A stretch of 64,000 nucleotides of DNA. Origin: Paragordius varius. Its lineage: Eukaryota > Animalia > Nematomorpha. The notes under the pieces are model-generated. The model was not told the DNA's origin. It searched no databases and saw nothing but the letters and a program-made list of their open reading frames with translations. Shown here one piece after another: positions 51,257-64,000 of the stretch (positions are counted from its first letter, which is position 1; the number at the start of each line of letters is the position of its first letter). The position numbers and the translations under genes were made by a program. Where the stretch lies: positions 7,874,001 through 7,938,000 of the forward strand of contig OZ176051.1 in assembly GCA_964247055.1 (NCBI GenBank). The letters run 5' to 3'.

Positions 51257-52641
51257 TATTAATTTTTCATATCGTCAAAAACTATTCCCAATGAATAAAG
51301 CGATTCATAGCCATTAAAATTTTTACTTTTCATATTGTCAATATTTCTTTATAAGTTTTTTTAGATCCTAGCTGCTTAAAATAATCATAACAATGGAATA
51401 TTACTCTAGATACAATATCTTGAAATATTTTCATAATTATCTATCGGGTTGAATTTTATATTTTTTAATTACGCTAGAGTAATGTGACCAGATATTTAAA
51501 ACCCTGACGCAGTACAAAATTAAACAATTGAATAAATTTATAATCAGGGATTGGAACACGGACCGTTTTAGTTTCGGTCAGGTTCCATTCGATTTTGGCC
51601 TAATATTTTGGATTTTATTCCACTATTTTTGAGTTTAATATAAACAATTTATGAGTGATAATAGCCAAAAACGAATAAATAATAATAATAAATGAAAAAT
51701 TTATAATTAAATATTAAATTTGTTATAACGCCTCATAAAACGCAAAGGCACGGTAAAGAAAATTAAAAGAAAAGAATTGGTAAAAAAATTATTTGTTATG
51801 TGTGTGTGTGTGTGTCAAAATTAAAATAAGTCTAAAACTTGATTAGTTAAAAATAAATGAATAAGAAAATTTTCTAAAAATTAAAGGGAAGTAAAAAATT
51901 AAGAAATATCACTCCCACCTTATGAGAATAAAAACGTAAAATATTAATTTTTTCTTACGAAAAAAAGGTTATATCGAAATTATAAGCTAAATATAATGAA
52001 TTTCATGTTACGGAATTAATTTTAAAAATTTTCCGTTTAATAATTATATTAAAGTAAACTCAAACAAAATTTAATTATACTGATACTTATATGAAACAAA
52101 AATGAATTCAAAACTTGATCAAATTACTAAAATATATATCTATTTTGTATTTATTTTAAATCTAAGGTCGCTTTTGCGGAAGCCCGGAGTGAAAGAGCCA
52201 TTAGCCTAAATCTGGAGTCTGATATTTATAGTTCCGCCACTGCGCATGTTGGTGCATTCATAAGCGATTGAGCGGTCCAAAACCCAATTCCATGTATATT
52301 CAGAAATTAAAATTCTAAAAAGATCATAGTTTTTTACCGCAAAAGGAACCATTTATTTTAACAAAGGGTACTCTATCAAATTCTATAAAAAAATTTCTTC
52401 AAATAAAAGGTAATAGGGACATATAAAAAAATTTATTTCAAAAAGCAGTACAAAAGTCAGCGCAGTACAGGCGCGGTTTTTTTTCGAAAACCCAGTACTG
52501 TACTGCGAAAAAACAGCCTATCTGGTCACTTTACGCTAGAGGAAAATATTAGTAAAAATCGGTAAAATATAATATGTTTATATTGACAAGTAATTTTTAA
52601 TAAAATTATCACATGCCGAAATGCTTTTATGTTTATTTTAA

Positions 52642-57052
<4,411 letters not shown>

Positions 57053-58986
57053 ACTTTATATTTTAATTTATGATTCAATATCCAAACTAGCTTTAATATA
57101 TATATATATATTAAATGATAGATGATTATTTTACAAGAAGGTTAAACACAAACATTATTTTTTATTTAACAATATGCATATATAACATGTTTTTATGAAA
57201 AATATTTATATATATTTGGGGGCAACAATGTTATGGTTTTAAATTTTTTATATTATATTATATTCACTAAACTATTGAAATCTGTGCATTTTAATAAATT
57301 ATTTTAACAAAATTATTCCAAATATAAATAAATTTTTGTTTTATTTTTTTGAATTATTTATATAAATGAAATCGATAAAGACCTTTTGATAAAAAAATAG
57401 ATTTTTTTTGGCTTGAAATAACATTTATAAAAACAAAACAATTTATATAAGTCTAAACATTTGATCCAAAATTATTTAAATACTGAGACATTTATTACAC
57501 ATCATCGTTTTAACTTAGACATATATTGAAATAATGTTTCATTTTGGATATAAGATAATAGTAAAATTAACTTAAATTTTTTTACTTGATTAGTTTTATT
57601 TTAAAGTAATAATTTTTTATAAATTATTTAAATATATTTGTGTTCGAATTGATTTTATAAAATTAATTTTAAAATAATGTGAAAATGAATTTGGTGAAAT
57701 TCATAAAAGCTAAAAAAACTAAATAATGGCATTAAAAGAGACGCGAGAATGAAAACGAAACTATCAATTATTACCAATTGATTCAGGGCACGTAAGAGTT
57801 TTACATATATGTACAGCAGTCCATCAGGAAAATTTAAATGCAAAAAAAGTAGTTTTGCTGAAACACTTATGTTTTAAATCCAAGAATAAGGTGTTTTTAA
57901 GGAGTCCTGTCGTTTTGTCTATGATCGTCCTATAAACTCTGGTTATGGTTAACCATCAGTGAATCGGGTGCCTTTTTCATTTGGAGGTAAAAAGTTATAA
58001 ATTGGCTTGTAGATGGACGTACAAAACTCTTTTTCCTATTATGTATAACTTTTTTATACAAAAATTATTTGCCAAAGATCTATCATCAAAGCTGTTGATC
58101 TTTAGAGTTGAAGGTAGCTGATTTAAGATAGGTTTTTATTGTTATTTTCCAATTGCTTCTATTTCCGCATCTTCTATTTTTAGTTTAACCTCACCAAGGT
58201 CATCATATATAGTACTGAACCAGGTTTTGATCTGGTTGTGGAGTTGAACATCATTATAAATTTTAGATCATAAAGGCTAATTTATGATCGATTTTTACAA
58301 CTTTAAGATACTAAAAATCTAGTTTTTAAGTAATTGTTGAGTACCTTTAAAAATTCAAAAAAATATAAAAACATTTTTAAAGCTGAATCTGTCAAAATTA
58401 AAACTCAAAAGACTGTATAGAAAATAATTATCACAATACCTTGATGCCAATCGAATCAATGGCCGCGGTAAAATAATTAACCATATTGTGCAAAGTGTTG
58501 ATAAATTGAAAGGGCAATCTCAATTATAACAAAATAATATAGCCCTTTGAATGATATGCTTAAGTGTGAGCTAAAGATATAATGATTATGTCACCAAACA
58601 AATATTTATAATAATCAATATTCACCTTTGATACCGTTTTATAATGTTTATCGGATTATTCATTCAAAATTGGTCAAATTAATAAAAGAAATCGAAACTA
58701 TAAAACATTTTTTAGCATCCGAAATATAATAACATATTAACTTTTAATGAAAGCATGATTGGGGTGTATATCAAAATAAGCAAGATATTAATAAACTATG
58801 CGAGAAAAGTATTATCAATTTACGGTCATCGTTCTCATAGGTTATCAGAAAAAATAACAAGTCATTATTATATATGGAATCAAGATTTAGAAAGATTACA
58901 AAATCCTAAAATAATAAACAATATGAATTTGGATAAAATGTTATATATATTTATTAAATATAATAAGACTATGTTAAAACATCATA

Positions 58987-59241
58987 TTAAAAATCACATG
59001 CGCGTCCTTGTCGTTCCCAATCTCCATAGCGTGTAGGCTCAGGACCTAAAGGGCCGCCAATTTCGCCGGTGACTGGGTTTTGACCGTCTGGAAATGGAGG
59101 ATACCTGAAATGTATTGATAGATTTTCATCTGGTTTTTGTGGCTCTTTTTCATCATTTAAGTGAGACGTGTTTGCAGTTATTTCTGTTTTAACTGAAGAA
59201 AACAATCTTGCTAAGCTTCGTTTTATCACATTGGTTAACAT
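58987..59241 (-). CDS. SDHAF4: Succinate dehydrogenase assembly factor 4 (DUF1674), single exon, 84 aa
   Basis: [30 protein letters not shown] is the family signature; basic mitochondrial presequence-like N-terminus. Confidence 0.97.
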   Translation of the reverse strand: MLTNVIKRSLARLFSSVKTEITANTSHLNDEKEPQKPDENLSIHFRYPPFPDGQNPVTGEIGGPLGPEPTRYGDWERQGRACDF

Positions 59242-59300
59242 ATTAATGTAACAGTTGTTTCTGCATGTGATGTACGGTACTTTTGGATTAATATTTTACA
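59242..59300. promoter_or_regulatory. 59 bp head-to-head intergenic segment (putative bidirectional promoter)
   Basis: ATG of SDHAF4 at 59241 (minus) and ATG of the NTAN1-like gene at 59301 (plus). Confidence 0.55.
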
Positions 59301-61325
59301 ATGCCATTGAAAATCGATGAGATATTTCCAGAGGATTTGCCTAGCTCACTTAATGATTATTTTGAAGTATTTGGACGCTTGAGAGAACGGAGTTTAAATT
59401 TTATAAATTCCGATAGAATTGAATTCGATGACCCTTCATTTCTTTTGTACATTTTTAAAGGCGAATATGTGATTTTAAATGCTAATACCACTAATATTAA
59501 ATTTGTTGGTTCGGATTTCGCTGTAAATTCATCCATAATTATTATTCGTGAACCATTTTCGGATACAGTTGCTTTCGCCCACATTGGACACGAATATGAC
59601 GTCGAAGTAATATAATTATTTGATATACGTAAATTGCTATATTGATATATATTCTCCAATTAACTTTTAAAATTAAGTATGAAACATAGTTTTTTCACAA
59701 TTTATAAAATATTTCTTAGTCGTGTATATCAGACATTGCTATAAAGTTAATCACTCAAGCCCAGCGTTTAAATGTAATTATGATGGAACCTATGTTGGAG
59801 GTTTCATTTTTTGGAGGATTTACCTGTAAGGAGAGTTTTTATCCAAATCAAAAAATGGAGAAGTTTAAAACGTCTTTGGAAAATCTTGGTGCTTCTTCAT
59901 CCAATGATAAAACGTTCTCTTTGCCATCCGAAATAGATTATTTAGAAAATGAGGATGATAATGATGAGAAAAATCTAAATGCCCCTGAATCAATTGACTT
60001 GGGTATTGTAAATGAATCTGAAAGACTAGTTCTCAATATTCTTAATTCGCTGAATCAATCAAAACTTATTTATGATCTCATCATACTTTGTTCTGGCATA
60101 ATAAATACGGATGCACTAGAGATAACTTCAAATATAACAGATATGTACTTATTCAATAAAAACGTAAAGACAATGAAACCTGATCACGATAACACAACCC
60201 ATAATTTAAAACATTCTACGGCAAGAAGGTCGTCCGTTTTTGCTACATTGTTTCACAACATTGCAAAACCAAGAAAAAGTGAAATGTTTTCGCAAAACAA
60301 TGAAATGTCCGAAATTGCTATACCTGAATTTGAGAATAAGTTTGAGTCAACGAACCGTAGACAAAGATCTTCCAGTGTGTTTGAATCATTGACCGGTTTT
60401 TTGGGTCGTGGGATACGCTCACTAGGTGGCAGACGATTTAAAAGCACTAATCATAGCGATCGTTTTTATCATGGACCGAAAATAAGTGCAGTGGCTTTCG
60501 AAGTGGCTACTAGATCCCCATTTCCTGTTTCAAAATTTTTTGTTGTTCAACTTACTGGCGAACTTGCTACATTATTCAGTCCGTCGGAAACGGATGATTC
60601 TAAAGGTAAAAGATTGTCTTTTTTATTCCCGCTCTCAACTTCAACTCAAACGAGAAAAAAATCGTCATTGTCTGATCTGTTTCAAATTAGCCGTACGGGT
60701 AGAAAATTTTCACCTAGGCTTCAGACAACCTCGCAGCCCGCTGATCAAACTTATGTTTCGTCATTCACGCCACAAATATCTCGTAAATCAAGCGCCGCTA
60801 TTGATAACTCTTTTGCATATGCCGAAACGTTGGATCGAATATATCAGGATAATATGTCTGAACTAGCTCCTAATTGGGTTTCCCGTTTTGCAACGTCATG
60901 CATACCCATGATTGTGAGTGAGCAATTAGCCCTAAATTTACCCTTGACACCAGATACTATTAAAAACGAGTCCAATAACTTTGAATCATACGATTCATCA
61001 TCAAACTACATAAATTCCATCAATAACAATATCACCGCCAATCTTTTTAATTTACCCATGCAATGCGTATACGATAATACTTTAATGCCCTCTTTAACGA
61101 ATCTAATCAATAATCCTAGACGATATACTCTTCCGGCACTTGCTTCCCTCACTGATGAAAATTTAACTTCAATGATAGAGAAACGGAGTAGGGATAGTTT
61201 GTGCCTCAAAATACCGTTTGGGATAATCAAGCAAACTTTGTTACTTATTTATCAAAGGAACCATGAAATACGAAAAAATAATAGGTAATATTTTGTTATT
61301 TAACATTATCTGTAAACATTTCACC

Positions 61326-61365
<40 letters not shown>

Positions 61366-62589
61366 TTTATTGCTGTCTACACATTCATTAAATAGTCATA
61401 TAATCCAGTAGAAATCAATATAATAAATATAATGGTTAAATAGGTTTCAACCTCTAGAGAAGCATATGATTTGTTCTTTTCAATAATTATTTACTATTAT
61501 ACAGACGCAAAATATCATTGTCGTTACAAAAACTTGGTGAAGCAGACGCTATACCAGACTCTGCTGAAGAAGATGAAATTGATAAACTTAAAACCGCCGT
61601 TAATACGGAAATAGAGTTGAAAAGTGCCTTAACCACTGTATATCGCTTTCTGGGATCTAGCAAAATATCCCCAATACCCAGTCAAAATTTAACTCACGCC
61701 CTGGCTTTAGTTGAAACTTACCTCTATCCGGAATCGATTGTGGATAACCAAAATTCATTTATGAGTAATTTAATTTTTTTTAATCCTTCATTATTTTTGA
61801 ACGTATGTAAAGAAATGAACATAAATATTCATTTTTTAGATTAATAAAAAATTATAGTTTTTAAAGGGTAATAACCTATGTTGTATTAGTACTTACGAAA
61901 GTAACACTCGCCTGCCCAGAGCTGATAGTGATCATAAAATAATTGCGTAGTTTAGAGTTTCGCCTCTGGCACACAGTGTAAAAATCCATTAATGGTAAAC
62001 GCGATTTTTCACCTTTGTATATATGTACATTTTTATACAACGTTAAGGTAAATAAATAGATTGACTTTTTTTCCTCCAAATATTTTCCGCATCCTTCATT
62101 TATTTTTCTACTTTAGATCGATATTCCCAAACCCTGCTTCCATCAAGTAAATCTATGACTTCCTTTAGGGGTGGAGTGTCTCCCCTTGTGACTGGCGATG
62201 CTGCCTTTCAACCCCTGTTAGTTTCAGAAGTAGCATCAACTGATGAACATCAAATTTATGCTTGTGCCTTGGAATATATTGCACGGGCCTGGGATGGTCA
62301 AATGTTATTAGCCTTGGCTTGTTGTATCAAACAAGCCCTCGTATATGTCAAATATGAATTGGGTGCAGCTTTACACACCATCACCACTTCTGTGGGACAA
62401 ATTCAATCACTCGATGAATCGACGCAAAAAAACGCAATTACTCTTACATTAGATAATTCTAATAAAGAACATGCTGGCGAAGATGATGAGACTCAACAGT
62501 ATATGATTGTTAAATATGAATTAAATTCATTGGGCCGATGGCAAATGGTGGTTGAAAATAATGTCATATATCAAGGGACAACCATATAA
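59301..62589 (+). CDS. NTAN1: Protein N-terminal asparagine amidohydrolase-like (NTAN1), 4 exons, ~867 aa, catalytic Cys replaced by Ser
   Basis: Exons 59301-59606, 59720-61284, 61505-61764 and 62117-62589; phase-consistent. Collinear with human NTAN1: LLYIFKGE/LLYVQQRE, GSDFAVNS/GSDDATTC, AHIG/THCD, LEVSFFGGF/LEVHLVGGF, LIILCSGIIN/LVTLCVTELN, PKISAVAFEVAT/PVIYGIAVNIKT and YELNSLGRWQ/YKKNEDGLWE. Confidence 0.85.
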
Positions 62590-62897
62590 TCCAATAACAG
62601 ATCTATTATTATTTGCTACTTTTTAATTGCAGTAAAGCAGCCATATTATTAATTACATGGATCGTATGTTGCTAATAGAGATAACTTAAATGCGTAAAGG
62701 AGCATAATTTTTTGTGTTTTTAGAAATTGCATGTTTAAAATTTAAGCAGGAAAAAGCTAAAAAATATTTTCTCGCAAAAATCTAAACTTTTATCCTTGAT
62801 AATAGTTTTAAATACCCATGTAAACAATAATATAGCTGCTTACGGTATTATATCCATTATTTATCCAAAGTTTACATGCCAAAAACATATTAGCCAT
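61897..62897 (-). CDS. Candidate small antisense gene interleaved with the NTAN1-like 3' end (3 exons seen; last exon uncertain)
   Basis: Exons 62897-62844 (ACC|gtaagc), 62684-62657 (CCAT|gtaatt) and 62012-61897 (TTC|gtaagt) join in phase: MANMFLACKLWINNGYNT|LSLLATYDP|CEKSRLPLMDFYTVCQRRNSKLRNYFMITISSGQASVTF. No homolog recognised. Confidence 0.35.
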
Positions 62898-63466
62898 TTA
62901 TTTTAAATTTTTAAAAAAGTTATATTGTGCAATATAGTTATTTTTTATGATAACGCATTCTTCCAAATATAAAACCATTAGTCATTCATATTATATTATT
63001 TTAATACTCAGGTTTTTTTCATATATTTTTCAAGTGCAATCTATACTTATTATTTAATTATCAATTATTTAATAAATATTTTTTCAAATCTATTTATCAA
63101 ACCTCTTATTTTTGGATCAAAATACATTATGAAATTGGATAGAAAATTAAATATTTTTTATAAAATAAATTTTATCTGCTAAAATTATTCTTAGGGCGAT
63201 CAACTTGTAAAACATAATTAAAATCCGATAATAGTAATATATATTTGATTAAGGAATACTCCCATATTTAAACCACTGTTTAAAACCCTTTAAAATTAAT
63301 CGCTATTTTTAGCCATACCCTAGTAAAAATATTAAAGTTAATTAATGTACTATAAAAATCCAAGATTTTTATAATATTAACACTTTCAAGATGATTAAAG
63401 AGTATTGGTAAAATTGTTAAATCATTTTATTGAAAAAGATTTTTAAATTTAATATATTCACCAAAC

Positions 63467-64000
63467 ATGATCGCGCATTTTTGATACCTTGCGTGATCAG
63501 GCACACACTCCTGAATGGCATTATTATAAATACAAGTTATTTAATGTGCAAATTAAGGTCCCTCCCCGTACAAATGAAAGGTAAATTCTTAAATTAGTTA
63601 TTTATCTTATTTTTATATTAATTTATTTATGAGTAGGTTTATATATTTAGTATTATAGTGATTATGTATAGATTTAAAAATAGATTTATTCGATAAGGGA
63701 TAGGATTGTTTTTTTAGTTGGCTTTAATTTTAAATTTATTTTTTTTGATTTTATTATTTTTTTATTAATTTTTTAATTTTAATATTTTTATTTTTTTTAA
63801 GAGAGAATAAAGAAACGGTGGTAAATGATACCGCCGTTAATATTAATTTCTTACAATTAGTTGATTATTAGAAGCCGATTAAAATCCAAATTTATTTTAA
63901 AAAAGAGACAGCAATACGGACTGATTAAAATTTCTATCAAATATTAAATCCATTACTATATACATTCTAAAATTGTATCTAGATTCTCATGGTGCCTTGT
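63467..64000 (+). CDS. Possible 5' end of a further gene running off the window
   Basis: GC-richer segment ending GAAAG|gtaaat (63580) and acceptor tatctag|63983. Frame ..FDTLRDQAHTPEWHYYKYKLFNVQIKVPPRTNE|RFSWCL is open; the ATG at 63467 is in frame only if one T of a T5 run is removed. Confidence 0.35.

Noticed and set aside
52165-52290. GC-richer segment upstream of GOLPH3 considered as snoRNA, hammerhead or other ncRNA
   Set aside because: No complete C/D box pair with terminal stem, no CUGANGA/GAAA core and no tRNA arms.
57880-58280. Minus-strand coding-like stretch (SLYDLKIYNDVQLHNQIKTWFSTIYDDLGEVKLKIEDAEIEAIGK*)
   Set aside because: Multiple stops and only vague LINE-linker resemblance; too weak to call.

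Overview
This is AT-rich eukaryotic (metazoan-type) genomic DNA that is intron- and transposon-rich. Gene models were rebuilt by hand from GT-AG sites, reading phase and remembered protein homology. Six host genes are well supported: NDUFA1 (8489-8807, +; missed by the ORF track), a 21-exon KIF4-like chromokinesin (10522-23025, -), a protogenin/IGDCC-like Ig-FN3 type I membrane protein (33153-47070, +), GOLPH3 (52642-57052, +), SDHAF4 (58987-59241, -) and, head-to-head with it 59 bp away, an expanded NTAN1-like gene whose catalytic Cys is replaced by Ser (59301-62589, +). Mobile DNA includes a decayed hAT transposase, a decayed Mag-type Ty3/Gypsy LTR element, an intact RTE-like LINE with a PHD finger inside its RT, mariner and RTE remnants, several MITEs, foldback-like elements and a dispersed repeat built from ~160-180 bp monomers. 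The most striking signal is obligatory ultra-short spliceosomal introns (22, 24 and 27 nt) in conserved genes, coexisting with 66-nt and multi-kb TE-filled introns. The organism cannot be identified from this window. No rRNA, tRNA or CRISPR features were found. All homology calls are from memory, not from database searches.
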